Notes: generated by a model from the sequence alone, not told the origin. Counted from the first letter of the stretch, positions 19,421 through 29,254 are shown. The stretch: DNA of 64,000 nt from an uncultured Actinomycetes bacterium (GCA_963704725.1 OY969934.1:288001-352000); one strand, 5' to 3'. A program made the numbers and translations.

Positions 19421-21061
19421 AGGTCTCTACGGAACCCAGGGCGGTTCAGTCTGCGCACCGGCCGAGCCAAGCGGCTTCCGAGGGCCTGGACGGGCAACCG
19501 ACGGCGCATGATCCCAAACATGGTGATGATCTCCGAACGGCCGCCGGAGGTGGCCGACCGCGCCGTTCCCGGTCACTGGGAGGGTGACCTGTTGATGGGC
19601 CGGGACAACAAGACCGCGATCGGCACGTTGGTGGAACGCAGCACCCGGTTCACGATGCTGGTGAGGCTCCCGGTGGATCACTCCGCCCCGGCGGTGCGAG
19701 AGGCGATCGCTCGAGCGATCGCCTCGCTGCCCGAAGCGGTCCGGCGATCGCTCACGTGGGATCAGGGGCCGGAGATGGCCGAGCACGTGCGATTCAGCGT
19801 GGACACGGGGGTGCAGGTCTACTTCTGTGACCCGCACTCGCCCTGGCAGCGAGGGAGCAACGAGAACACCAACGGACTGCTGCGCCAGTACTTCCCGAAG
19901 GGCACCGACCTGCCCGTCGGCGACCCGAAGCGCCTTCGACAGGTCGCAGACTTGCTCAACGGCAGGCCCCGCAAGACACTGGGATGGAAGACACCGGCGG
20001 AGAAACTCGCGGAAGTTGTTGCGACGACCACTTGAATCCGCCCACCTGGTCGACGCCGCCCTGCAGATCCACGCCGATGATCCGGCCTTCGGCTACCGGT
20101 TCATCACCGACGAGCTCGTCGCCGAGCGCGGCATCACCGCCAGCGAGAACCGGGTGCACCGTCTGTGCAGCGCGCACGGCATCTTCTCGGTGCTCGCCCG
20201 CAAGAAGGGACGAAGGCCCAGGCCCGGAGAGCCGGTGCACGACGACCTGGTCCGCCGTGCGTTCGGTGCCCGCAGGCCGAACGAGCTGTGGTTCACCGAC
20301 ATCACCGAGCACCCGACGGCGGAGGGCAAGCTCTACCTCTGTGCGATCAAGGACGCCTTCTCCGGTCGCATCGTCGGCTACTCGATGGACCACCGGATGA
20401 AGGCTTCTCTGGCCGTGGCCGCGCTCCGAGGCGCGATCGGCCTGCGGAGCCCTGCCGGCACGCTGGTTCACTCGGACCGCGGCAGTCAGTTTCGCTCCGG
20501 GAAGTTCGTGCGTCTGCTGAGGAACCACGGCCTCATCGGGTCGATGGGTCGCACCGGGACCTGCGCCGACAACGCCGCCATGGAGTCGTTCTTCGCCCTG
20601 CTGCAAAGGAACGTCTTGGACCGACAACGCTGGCAGACCAGAGAGGAGCTCCGCCTGGCGATCGTCACCTGGATCGAGCGGACCTATCACCGCCGGCGAC
20701 GTCAGCGCGGCCTCGGTAGGCTCACCCCGATTGAGTTCGAGGCCGTGCACGAGGTCGCCTATGCGGCCTGAAAGCCGTCAACCCCGCGAGTCAACCAAAC
20801 CTGGGGCAGACCCGATCCTGGTCTTGTGGTTGTGGCTCGGTGCGGCTGGCACGATCGTGCTGACACTCGCACTCATAACGGGGTCGGACAGATCGTGGGC
20901 CACCGTGCTGGCGGTCCCGTGTGCCGTCTGGTTCGCCACGACAGCGTGGGCGGAGCGCAGACGTCGTCGAACCGGTCTCTGACTCCGTTTGAAGAAGTCC
21001 ATGCGCCCCGGCGTCCGCAGGCCCGCCCGGATCGGCTATTCACGGAGGACCTGTTCGATCC

Positions 21062-21536
21062 TCAGCCGGTGGCCTCGTCGAGGCCGGGTGTCGGGTAGGG
21101 GCTCGCCTCCTCGGCGGTCGGTGGCCGCATGCACAGCGTCTCGATGTCGACGGTCCAGGTTCCGTCGGCGAGCTGGCCTAGCGCGATCCGCGCCTCGACC
21201 CTGTCACCGATGTACAGCTTGCCGGTCTCAGGCTCGAAACGGTTCGGCCCGGCTCGCGAGGCGAGAGCCGCCGCGTACTCTGCCGCCGCTCGCGGCCCGT
21301 CGGAGGCCAAGAAGGCAGGGAGAGCGGCGAGGGTCTCCTCGGGTGACCGTATCCACCCCCTTCCGCTGGTTCGAAGATCGAGTGCCCGACCTGCGCCTGA
21401 GGACATCCCCACTCGTCGTAGGGGCCACCAGCCGAACCGACCGCCATCGCAAGAGCAGCAGCAGCGGTGAGCCCGGAGACAAACGCCCAACTCGGATGGC
21501 TTTGGATGGCTTCGATCCCACGTGCATCAGACTCAT
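21062..21536 (-). CDS. hypothetical exported protein (frameshift at ~21350; start uncertain)
   Basis: A hydrophobic N-part (AFVSGLTAAAALAMAVG..EGGGYG) continues in another frame (SPEETLAALP..WTVDIETLC). Confidence 0.4.
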
Positions 21537-21669
21537 TCTGCGTCGTCCAAGAGCCCTGATCGAACCCGGCCCTAGAGTCCCCGCGCCCCGGCGCCTGCCG
21601 CCTGCGCATCGCGGCGACGTGCGTGGACGGCCGATTCTCAGCTACCAGCGCAGGGGCGTCGCCGGCGAG

Positions 21670-22575
21670 CTAACTCCTGATCTGGGAGACCGCTCGGCGG
21701 ACGAACGCCTCGTACCTCGCGTGCCGCTCTTCCTCGTCCGAGCCGACCGGCGGATCGTCCGAGAGCCACTCCATCGCATCGAGGAGATCCCAGTACGGGT
21801 CGTAGCCGGCAACTCCGATGCTCTCGGACGCGGCGAGGAATCGGTCGGCGACCGCGAGCGAGAAGTCCCACGTGAGGTTCAGGCGCATGTGGGCGAGGTC
21901 GATCCCCACAGGACCGATCGAGCCGGTCGTCCAGTCGACGACGCCCGAGAGATCCTCACCCATCCACAGCGTGTTTCCCTGGTGGTAGTCGCGGTGGATG
22001 AAGCGGGGCGAGTGGTCGGGCCGACGGCCTCCCAGGATCTCGAGGGCTCGTTCCCACGGCCCGGGATCTTTCGACCAGCGGGGGGGTCGAAGGTCGCCGA
22101 CCGCCTTCCCGTCGGACTCGAAGTACGGCTGGTAGCGGTGAAGCTGCTCGCTCGTTCGTGCCGCGTGGATCGGCGGAAGCACCTCGGCGAGGCGTCCGAT
22201 GTACCCATCGAGGTGCGTCGGCCTGTCCGGCATGGGTTCTCCCGGCAGCCATGAGACGAGCAGTGTCGGGACGTCGCACTCGAGCGGGCCGATGTCGGCC
22301 CCGAGCAGCTGCGGCACCGGCAGGTCGACCGGCCGAAGGACCTCGAGAGCCTGGATCTCGCATGCAGGGTCGTACCAGGGGTCGGAGCCGAGTCGATCCG
22401 CATCCACGTAGCGCCGGAGCACCGTGTCGGTCCGAGCTCCGTCCGCCGTCTCGGCGACGAGGTGGTGGTGCGCGTGCGATGCCTTGGGCATTGGCTCGAT
22501 CCGCACGATCCTGGTCCCAGCCCCAAGGGCTGATGCGGCCCACGCGAGCGTGGTCGGTGGAAGCCGTGTCGTCAT
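21670..22575 (-). CDS. aminoglycoside phosphotransferase (APH)-family kinase
   Basis: Brenner motif IHRDYHQGN, GVVDW and IDLAH. Confidence 0.88.
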   Translation of the reverse strand: MTTRLPPTTLAWAASALGAGTRIVRIEPMPKASHAHHHLVAETADGARTDTVLRRYVDADRLGSDPWYDPACEIQALEVLRPVDLPVPQLLGADIGPLECDVPTLLVSWLPGEPMPDRPTHLDGYIGRLAEVLPPIHAARTSEQLHRYQPYFESDGKAVGDLRPPRWSKDPGPWERALEILGGRRPDHSPRFIHRDYHQGNTLWMGEDLSGVVDWTTGSIGPVGIDLAHMRLNLTWDFSLAVADRFLAASESIGVAGYDPYWDLLDAMEWLSDDPPVGSDEEERHARYEAFVRRAVSQIRS

Positions 22576-22750
22576 CGGGGCTTCGATGCCCGGAGCCCGA
22601 ACTCGAGCGGGATCCGCCCGCCGCCGACGACCAGAGCGGCTCGTCCGTCCGAGGCGACCGTGAACTTGCTGCCAGCGATGTCGTAGAAGACGCCGTCGTC
22701 ACCGTGGAGAGCCGCCCGCTCCTCCCACCAGGCCAGGTTCCGATCGATCG
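22572..22750 (-). pseudogene. collapsed remnant of a class I SAM methyltransferase
   Basis: DRNLAWWEERAALHGDDGVFYDIAG fused to GRIPLEFGLRASKPR*. Stop overlaps the APH start (ATGA); no start codon found. Confidence 0.45.
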
Positions 22751-22758
22751 TCGGCCCC

Positions 22759-23244
22759 CTATTCGTTGTAGCCGGTCGCGCCCCAGGTCTCGTCGAGGAG
22801 CTTCACGAACCACGTGCCGTTGTCGGTCCAGCCCTCCCGGCGGTAGAAGCGGTGGGTCGCCTCCCGCCAGGCGGAGGTCTCGAGCGACATCCGGAAGCAG
22901 CCGCGCTTGCGAGCGAGCGTCTCGGCCTCCGCCAGCAGCGAGCTCCCGATGCCCTTGCCGCGGGCCGACTCCGTCACGACGAGGTCGTTCACCCACGCCT
23001 GGGGCCTGGGGTGGCCGAGGCGCTGGCGGAACTCCATGTCGAGGAACCCGATCACGTCGCCCGCCGGGACCTCGGCGACCAGGGTCCGGGACTCGCGCAG
23101 CGCGAGATGGCCGCCGAACCGGATCACGAACGACGGGTTCGAGGCCGCCGAGGGCGACACGTCGCGCCCGAGCTCGACGAGGAGCGCGGCCACCTGCGGC
23201 CAGTCGTCCACGGTGGCGCGCCGGATGACGTGTGCGAGCCCCAC
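22759..23244 (-). CDS. GNAT acetyltransferase
   Basis: IRRAT..DLVVTESARGKGIGSSLL..HRFY. Confidence 0.88.
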   Translation of the reverse strand: MGLAHVIRRATVDDWPQVAALLVELGRDVSPSAASNPSFVIRFGGHLALRESRTLVAEVPAGDVIGFLDMEFRQRLGHPRPQAWVNDLVVTESARGKGIGSSLLAEAETLARKRGCFRMSLETSAWREATHRFYRREGWTDNGTWFVKLLDETWGATGYNE

Positions 23245-23251
23245 GGCCCGG

Positions 23252-24445
23252 TCAGAACCAGTCGTACATGAAGGGCGCCGGCCCGGCGAACAGCCGCGCC
23301 AGGACGGGCACGGCGGGGTCGTCGCCGTCGATGAGGCCGAGCCGCACGGCGTCGAAGGGCGAAAGGAACCCCGTGTACATCGCCGACAGGATGCCCACGG
23401 GCATCGGCCGGACGCGCGCACCGGTCGCCGACGACACCTCGACCTTGCCGCCCTCCGCCGAGATCCTCCACGGGCCCCGGTTGTCGGGGAACATCCCGTC
23501 CTCGACCGCGAGGATCGCCTCGCCGCTCACCGGTGGGTAGCCCCGGCCCTCGAGCGCGGCGGCGACGTCCAGCAGCCGGAGCATCCACCGGAAGGTCCAC
23601 GACGGCTTCACGCGCTGCTCCTCGACGAGCAGGGCGAGCGGATCCGCCAGCGGTCCCGGGAACGTCACCGCCTGCCCGAGCCCTCGGAAGCCGCGGAAGT
23701 AGCCGAGCAGGGAGGCGTAGCCCTCGATCGTGGAGGCGACGAAGTGCTTGCACGAGAGGCGGAACGCCACGTCGAGGTCGCCCTCGTCCTTCTCGTACAG
23801 GAACGACGCGTAGCCCTCGACCGTCCCCTCCTCGCCCCGCGCCACGACCGCGCGCTGCGGCTCGTCGGGTTTGCGACGACCCATGATCCGCTCCGGCCAC
23901 CACCGGGGGTCGTCGCTGTCGATCGGGCCGTTGTCCTGCTCGGTGGCGCGCCGGTAGCAGGCCCGGACGGCCTCGAGGTCGGGGTCCGGCTCGTACTCCT
24001 CGACCGGCAGGGGCCCGCCGCCCTTGGGCAGGTCCTCCAGACCGACGCAGTGCTCGGTGTACGTTCCCGCGAGCTCGTACCCGAGGCCTCGATACGGGCG
24101 CAGGATGGCCGGGAACAGCGCCGTGAGCGGCACGCCCCGCTCCCTGGCCTCTCGCATGAGGCGTCCGACGGCGAGCGTCGCCAGGCCGGCGCCCCGATGC
24201 TCGGGGAGCGTGCCGACCCCCCAGATCCCGCACATCTCGACGTCGCGGCCGCCGAAGCGCTGCCGGAAGTCGCGGTCGGCGGCCACGCCGAGGACCCGGT
24301 CGCCCTCGAACGCGCACCGGAACCGCTCGAGCGGCAGCTTGGGACCGCTGTGCTCGAGGAAGCCGTGCTCCAGGTTCAGCGAGACGCGAAGGACGTTCGC
24401 CACCTGGTCGCGGTGGTCCTCGGCGGGCGTACGGATCTCGGTCAT
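23252..24445 (-). CDS. Eis-like GNAT acetyltransferase with SCP2-like C-terminus
   Basis: VGTLPEHRGAGLA, YRGLGYE, WMLRLLDVAAALEGRGY and terminal DWF. Confidence 0.88.
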   Translation of the reverse strand: MTEIRTPAEDHRDQVANVLRVSLNLEHGFLEHSGPKLPLERFRCAFEGDRVLGVAADRDFRQRFGGRDVEMCGIWGVGTLPEHRGAGLATLAVGRLMREARERGVPLTALFPAILRPYRGLGYELAGTYTEHCVGLEDLPKGGGPLPVEEYEPDPDLEAVRACYRRATEQDNGPIDSDDPRWWPERIMGRRKPDEPQRAVVARGEEGTVEGYASFLYEKDEGDLDVAFRLSCKHFVASTIEGYASLLGYFRGFRGLGQAVTFPGPLADPLALLVEEQRVKPSWTFRWMLRLLDVAAALEGRGYPPVSGEAILAVEDGMFPDNRGPWRISAEGGKVEVSSATGARVRPMPVGILSAMYTGFLSPFDAVRLGLIDGDDPAVPVLARLFAGPAPFMYDWF

Positions 24446-24732
24446 CGGACGAACTCGCACCGGCAGGGCGAGGCGTCGCACTTCGGGCAGCCGGTCTCGT
24501 AGCGCGCGGCGGCGGTCGCCAGGTCGACGCCGGTCAGGTTGGCCAGGGACGCCAGCCACGCGAGCACGTCGGAGAACTCCAGCTCGAGCTGGGCCTGGTC
24601 GCCGTGGCGAAGCGCCCGGGCGAGCTCGCCCACCTCCTCGGTGAGCCATCGGAACGTGGCGTCGCGCCCGCGCTTCGCGTCGCGCTCGTAATAGGTCGAG
24701 CGCAGCGTCCGCTGCAGGTCTTCGAGCTCCAT
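24442..24732 (-). CDS. MazG-like nucleotide pyrophosphohydrolase
   Basis: WLTEEVGELA..EFSDVLAWLASLAN with a Cys tail CPKCDASPCRC. Confidence 0.9.
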   Translation of the reverse strand: MELEDLQRTLRSTYYERDAKRGRDATFRWLTEEVGELARALRHGDQAQLELEFSDVLAWLASLANLTGVDLATAAARYETGCPKCDASPCRCEFVR

Positions 24733-26135
24733 CAGGTCGCCGAGTCTACCGGCCTCGCATCGGGGATCCGCCGGGCCACGAGGGCGAGGAGGAGGGCCGC
24801 GAGGACCCCGATCCCGAACGCGCCGGCGATCCCCGCTCGCAGCGAGATCGTGCCGGCGTCCGCGAGCGCGACGCTCGCCCCGCCGAGTCCGGCGCCGACA
24901 CCGACGCCGAGGTAGTCCATCAGGATCATGGACGAGAGCTCGCCGGCCTCGCGGCCCTGGGTGGCCTCCGACATCACCGAGAGCGGGATCGTGGGGAACA
25001 CGATGCCCATGCCGAGGCAGCCCACCGCCCACCCCACGTACGGGACGGCGATCGGGAGGCTCCGCACGAGCCCCCCGCCGACGAGCACGGCGCCCGACGC
25101 GATCAGGAGTCCACCGACGGCGACCAGCCACCGCGCACCGCGACGGCCGATCGTCCGCGACTCGTACCAGCTCCCGAGAGCCCACGCCAGGCTCGCGGCC
25201 GTCACGACCAGCCCCGCCTCGGCCAGCGTGAGCCCCCGCACCTTGCGGAGCATCAGCACGATGAAGCCGTCGACGGCCAGGAACGCGCACGACGCCAGGA
25301 ACGCGCACGCCGCCGCGGCCGGAGCGCCTCGCCGAGCCCACAGCGTGCCGCGCGGCGTGATCCGCCGCAGCCCGGGCACGGCGAGCGCGATCCCGATCGG
25401 GACGAGGACCGCCGTCGCCCACGTCACGCGAGTCAGGCCGGCCAGGACCAGGCCGACCCCCGCCATCACGAGGAGGGCCGGAAGGACCGGCAGCCGGCGC
25501 TCGTCCGGAGAGGGTTCCATCCCCCGGAGCGAGGGGATCACCAGGAGCGCGCCGGCCACGATGGCCGGGACCGGCGCGAGGAACGCCCACCGCCACCCGA
25601 TGGACTCGGCGATGATCGCCCCCAGTAGCGGACCGACCAGGCCGGGCAGGATCCACATCGACGCGAGCAGCGCCATCACCCGCGGCCGGATCCGCTCCGG
25701 GTACGTCTTGGCCACCGCCGCCAGCGAGACGGTGTACAGGCCCCCGCCGCCGACGCCCTGTACGAAGCGGCCCAGCACGATCACGAGCATGGACGGGGCC
25801 GACGCGGCGATGATCAGTCCCAGCGCATACAGTGCGATGGTCACGGCGAGCACCGGGCGTGGTCCCACCCGGTCGGTGATCCGCCCGGCGATCGGCACGG
25901 AGCCGAGCGAGGCCAGCGTGAACGCGGTGAAGATCCACCCGTAGAGCGACAGCCCGCCGAGGTCGCTCTCGACGGCCGGCAGGATCGTCGCGACGATGAG
26001 CGCCTCGATCGCCACGAGCGCCTCGAGCAGGAGCAGCCCGGTCGTGAGCCTTCCCCGCGCTCCGGAGAACACCTCTCGCCACCGTGGAGGCCCCGCGGCG
26101 ACGCCCGTCCCGGCGTCGGTGGTTCCGTCCGTCAT
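24732..26135 (-). CDS. MFS transporter
   Basis: About 14 TM segments, GRITDRVGPR motif A, GRFVQGVGGG. Confidence 0.92.
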   Translation of the reverse strand: MTDGTTDAGTGVAAGPPRWREVFSGARGRLTTGLLLLEALVAIEALIVATILPAVESDLGGLSLYGWIFTAFTLASLGSVPIAGRITDRVGPRPVLAVTIALYALGLIIAASAPSMLVIVLGRFVQGVGGGGLYTVSLAAVAKTYPERIRPRVMALLASMWILPGLVGPLLGAIIAESIGWRWAFLAPVPAIVAGALLVIPSLRGMEPSPDERRLPVLPALLVMAGVGLVLAGLTRVTWATAVLVPIGIALAVPGLRRITPRGTLWARRGAPAAAACAFLASCAFLAVDGFIVLMLRKVRGLTLAEAGLVVTAASLAWALGSWYESRTIGRRGARWLVAVGGLLIASGAVLVGGGLVRSLPIAVPYVGWAVGCLGMGIVFPTIPLSVMSEATQGREAGELSSMILMDYLGVGVGAGLGGASVALADAGTISLRAGIAGAFGIGVLAALLLALVARRIPDARPVDSAT

Positions 26136-26230
26136 CGTGACGAGAGCTTACGGAGGCCCCCGACCATGAACCGGGCGATTTCCCGACCGCGAGTCCCATT
26201 CGAGCCCCGGCCGGCCGCTACACTCGGCCG

Positions 26231-27532
26231 ATGCGTCGGATCGTCGTGATCGGTGCGGGAAGCGTGGAGTTCACGCGGAACGTCGTCGCCGACCTGTGCT
26301 CGTTCACCGAGCTCCACGGCGAGGTCACGTTCGCCCTGCACGACATCGACGAGGAGCGCCTCGCGTACTCGGCCAGGGCGGCGGAGTCCATCGTTCGACG
26401 GACCGGCGCCGGCTACGCGGTCGAGGCCCACGCCGACCGGCGAGCGGCGCTCGACGGCGCGGATTACGTCATCAACGAGATCCAGGTCGGTGGGTACCGT
26501 GCGACGCTGACGGACTTCGAGATCCCCAGGAAGTACGGGCTGCGCCAGACGATCGCGGACACGATCGGGATCGGCGGGATCTTCCGCGGACTGCGGACGA
26601 TCCCCGTCGTGGTCGGGATCGGCAACGACATGGCCCAGTTGTGCCCCGACGCCCTGCTGCTCAACTACGCGAACCCGATGGCGATGCTGCCGTGGGGCGT
26701 CTACGCCGGCACGCCGTTCTCGAACGTCGTGGGCGTGTGCCATTCGGTCCGCGACACCCACCACTTCCTCGCGGCCACGGTGGGCGTGCCCGAGGAGCAC
26801 GTGGCCTTTCGGACCGCCGGGTTCAACCACCAGGCGTTCGTCCTGGAGTTCCGGGACCGCCGGACGGGGAAGGACCTGTACCCCAGGCTCCGCGAGATCG
26901 TCGAGGCCGATCCCGAGGGGCTCGGCCGGCGCGTCCGCGTCGAGATCTTCCGGCGCTTCGGCTACTTCCCCACCGAGTCGAGCGAGCACTCGAGCGAGTA
27001 CGTCCCGTGGTTCCTGCACCACGACGACCAGGTCGAGCGGTACCGCTCAGAGATCGACGAGTACGTCCGCCGCAGCGACGAGAACCTGCTGGACTGGGAG
27101 TCGACGAAGGCGGCGCTCGACCGCGGCGAGGAGCTGGAGATCGAGCCGAGCTCCGAGCTGGCCTCGGAGATCATCCACTCGATCGAGACCGGCGTGCCCC
27201 GAGAGGTCTACACGAACGTCCGCAACGATGGACTGATCGATGGTCTGCCGCGCGACGCCTGCGTCGAGGTCCCCACGCTCGTCGACAAGAACGGCGTGCA
27301 GCCCACGCGGATCGGCGCGCTCCCGCCACAGCTCCTCGCGCTGAACCGGACGTTCGTGAACGTGGTGGAGCTCACCGTGCGGGCGGCGCTCGAGGGCCGT
27401 CGCGACCTCGTGTACGACGCGGCGCTCCTCGACCCCAACACGGCGGCGACGCTCACCGTCGATCAGATCGTGGCCATGTGCGACGACCTGATCGAGGCGC
27501 ACGGCGAGCTCCTGCCGCCGGGCATCCGCTGA
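26231..27532 (+). CDS. GH4 glycoside hydrolase (alpha-galactosidase subgroup)
   Basis: IGAGS, IPRKYG..DTIGIGG, NYANPM, CHSV, TESSEH. Confidence 0.93.
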   Translation: MRRIVVIGAGSVEFTRNVVADLCSFTELHGEVTFALHDIDEERLAYSARAAESIVRRTGAGYAVEAHADRRAALDGADYVINEIQVGGYRATLTDFEIPRKYGLRQTIADTIGIGGIFRGLRTIPVVVGIGNDMAQLCPDALLLNYANPMAMLPWGVYAGTPFSNVVGVCHSVRDTHHFLAATVGVPEEHVAFRTAGFNHQAFVLEFRDRRTGKDLYPRLREIVEADPEGLGRRVRVEIFRRFGYFPTESSEHSSEYVPWFLHHDDQVERYRSEIDEYVRRSDENLLDWESTKAALDRGEELEIEPSSELASEIIHSIETGVPREVYTNVRNDGLIDGLPRDACVEVPTLVDKNGVQPTRIGALPPQLLALNRTFVNVVELTVRAALEGRRDLVYDAALLDPNTAATLTVDQIVAMCDDLIEAHGELLPPGIR

Positions 27533-27539
27533 GCGCCGC

Positions 27540-28292
27540 TCACACCTCGGTCACGGTCAGACCGGCCTCGCGGAGCTCGGCCACGGCGGCGGGCTCGGCG
27601 CCGGAGGTGAGCAGCTCGTGGACCGCCGCGATCGGGCAGATGCGGGCGAACGCGACCACGCCGAGCTTCGAGCCGTCGGCCACCGCGATCACGCGATCCG
27701 CTCGCTCGAGCAGGATGCGGTTCGTGTGGGCCTCGACCTCGTGATGCGTCGTGAGGCCGTCGCGCGTGGAGATCCCGTCGGCGCCGAGGAAGACCACGTC
27801 GAGATGGAGATCGGCCAGCGTCTGCTCCGCGATCGGGCCGACGAGCTCGTAGGACTCGCTCCGGGCGATCCCGCCCGTGACGACGAGCTTGATGTTGGGC
27901 CGCACCGCGAGCTCGGCGGCGATGTTCAGGGCGTTCGTGACGACCGTCAGCCGTCGCTCCACCAGGGCCCGGGCGACCTGGGTCGTCGTCGTCCCGCCGG
28001 TCAGGCCGATCGCGGCGCCGTCGGAGACCCGGTCCGCCGCGGCCTGGGCGAGTCGACGTTTCTCCTCCTCGTGCCGGGAGGCCTTGTACCGCAGCGGGAG
28101 CTCGTACAGGACGCCGTGCGCCACCGCCCCGCCGTGGGTCCGGCTGAGGAGTCGCTGGTCCTCCAGCAGCTCCAGGTCCCGGCGGATCGTGGCCGAGGAG
28201 ACGCCGAGCCTGGAGGAGAGGTCGGCGACGGCGACGGAGCCGCCCGTGGAGAGCTCCTCGAGGATCGTTCCGAGCCGGTCGGACTGCCGCAC
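27540..28292 (-). CDS. DeoR/GlpR regulator, AgaR-like
   Basis: VSSATIRRDL..RTHGGA, GLTGGTTT, VVTNALNIA. Confidence 0.92.
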   Translation of the reverse strand: MRQSDRLGTILEELSTGGSVAVADLSSRLGVSSATIRRDLELLEDQRLLSRTHGGAVAHGVLYELPLRYKASRHEEEKRRLAQAAADRVSDGAAIGLTGGTTTTQVARALVERRLTVVTNALNIAAELAVRPNIKLVVTGGIARSESYELVGPIAEQTLADLHLDVVFLGADGISTRDGLTTHHEVEAHTNRILLERADRVIAVADGSKLGVVAFARICPIAAVHELLTSGAEPAAVAELREAGLTVTEV

Positions 28293-28353
28293 GCCCCGAG
28301 CATAGCGCGCTCGTGTTGCGTTCGTGAGCGATATGACTCTATAGTCGCCCCAA

Positions 28354-29229
28354 GTGAGCGAAATCGAGCGCGAGATCGCCAGCCAGCCCTCCTGTTGGAG
28401 GCAGGCCGCGAGTCGCGAGCCCTCGGTCCGGGAGGCGCTGCCGGCCCCGGGGACGCGGGTCGCGGTGATCGGCTGCGGGACCTCGCTGTTCGTGGCCCAG
28501 GCGTACGCGACGCTCCGCGAGGCGCTCGGGAAGGGGGAGACGGACGCGTTCCCCGCGTCGGAGGTTCCCACCGGCCGCGCCTACGACCACCTGCTCGCCA
28601 TCTCGAGGAGCGGGACGACGACGGAGGTCGCGCGCACCCTCTCCAGCGGGCGAGCCGGCACGCGCGTCGCGGTCGTGGGGGTCCCCGACACCCCGGTGGC
28701 CCGCGCCGCCGACCGCGTGGTGACGCTCGAGTTCGCCGACGAGCGATCGGTCGTCCAGACGCGCTTCGCGACGACGGCGCTCGCGCTGCTGCGCGCGAAC
28801 CTCGGCCAGGAGCTCGGCCCGCCGATCCGGGAGGCGGAGGCGACGGCCGGCTCGGCGCTCCCGGCGGACCCCGTGCGGTTCTCCCATTTCGTCTTCCTGG
28901 GGAGAGGATGGAGCGTGGGACTTGCCAGCGAGGCCGCGCTGAAGCTCCGCGAGGCTGCGCAGGTGTGGACCGAGTCCTATCCCGCGATGGAGTACCGGCA
29001 CGGCCCGATCAGCGTGGCCGGTCCCTCCACGCTGGTGTGGGCGCTCGGCGACGTCGGGGGCTCGGTCCTGGAGGACGCGAGGGCCACGGGCGCGACGGTC
29101 GTCGGCGGGGATCTGGACCCCATGGTGGAGCTGATCGGGATCCAACGGGCGGCGGTGCGGCTCGCGGAGCATCGGGGCCTCGACCCCGATCGCCCGCCGC
29201 ACCTGACGCGCTCGGTGGTGTTGTCGTGA
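28354..29229 (+). CDS. SIS-domain sugar-phosphate isomerase/deaminase (GlmS/AgaS-like)
   Basis: EIASQP, GCGTS, ISRSGTT, ALKLRE, EYRHGP, P.HLTRSV. Confidence 0.9.
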   Translation: MSEIEREIASQPSCWRQAASREPSVREALPAPGTRVAVIGCGTSLFVAQAYATLREALGKGETDAFPASEVPTGRAYDHLLAISRSGTTTEVARTLSSGRAGTRVAVVGVPDTPVARAADRVVTLEFADERSVVQTRFATTALALLRANLGQELGPPIREAEATAGSALPADPVRFSHFVFLGRGWSVGLASEAALKLREAAQVWTESYPAMEYRHGPISVAGPSTLVWALGDVGGSVLEDARATGATVVGGDLDPMVELIGIQRAAVRLAEHRGLDPDRPPHLTRSVVLS

Positions 29230-29254
29230 CGTGCTGCTCGACGGGAGGTCGACG

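Larger units (their letters stand above)
18150..19448 (+). mobile_element. IS3-family element B (IS51 group / IS6110-like; inner, intact, 1299 bp)
   Basis: TG...CA ends. IRs TGAACCGCCCTGGGTT are identical for 16 bp. No target duplication. Confidence 0.95.
17712..20035 (+). pseudogene. IS30 transposase fragments (17712-18149 + 19449-20035)
   Basis: N-part LSLEDRIEV..GRSPSTVSREV..RRPKPTKL. C-part PGHWEGDL, LVERSTR, LTWDQG, PWQRGSNENTNGLLRQYFPKG. Confidence 0.9.
17647..20039 (+). mobile_element. IS30-family element (middle; interrupted and internally deleted)
   Basis: IRs GGGTTCAACCGGTCGATGCAACA / TGTTGCGACGACCACTTGAATCC. Flanking direct repeat GCCCACCT at 17639-17646 and 20040-20047. Confidence 0.9.
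17504..20771 (+). pseudogene. IS3-family OrfB DDE transposase (element A), split by IS30 (17504-17646 + 20048-20771)
   Basis: Joining gives WSDAH-LVDAALQIHADDPAFGYR, then WFTDITEH, HSDRGSQF, DNAAMESFF. Confidence 0.9.
17157..20813 (+). mobile_element. IS3-family element A (outer; ~1256 bp when reconstructed)
   Basis: IRs GGGTCTGCCCAGCCTTTGGTTGACTC / GAGTCAACCAAACCTGGGGCAGACCC. 3-bp target duplication GAT at 17154-17156 and 20814-20816. Confidence 0.92.
16849..20982 (+). pseudogene. small membrane-protein gene disrupted by the IS stack (16849-17156 + 20817-20982)
   Basis: Removing 17157-20816 restores one frame (...SRASDR-ILVLWLWLGAAG...), about 157 aa. Confidence 0.8.

Noticed and set aside
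21670-24445. Calling APH and Eis bona fide antibiotic-resistance genes
   Set aside because: Only family-level motifs are visible; such homologs are common in soil actinobacteria without known resistance roles.
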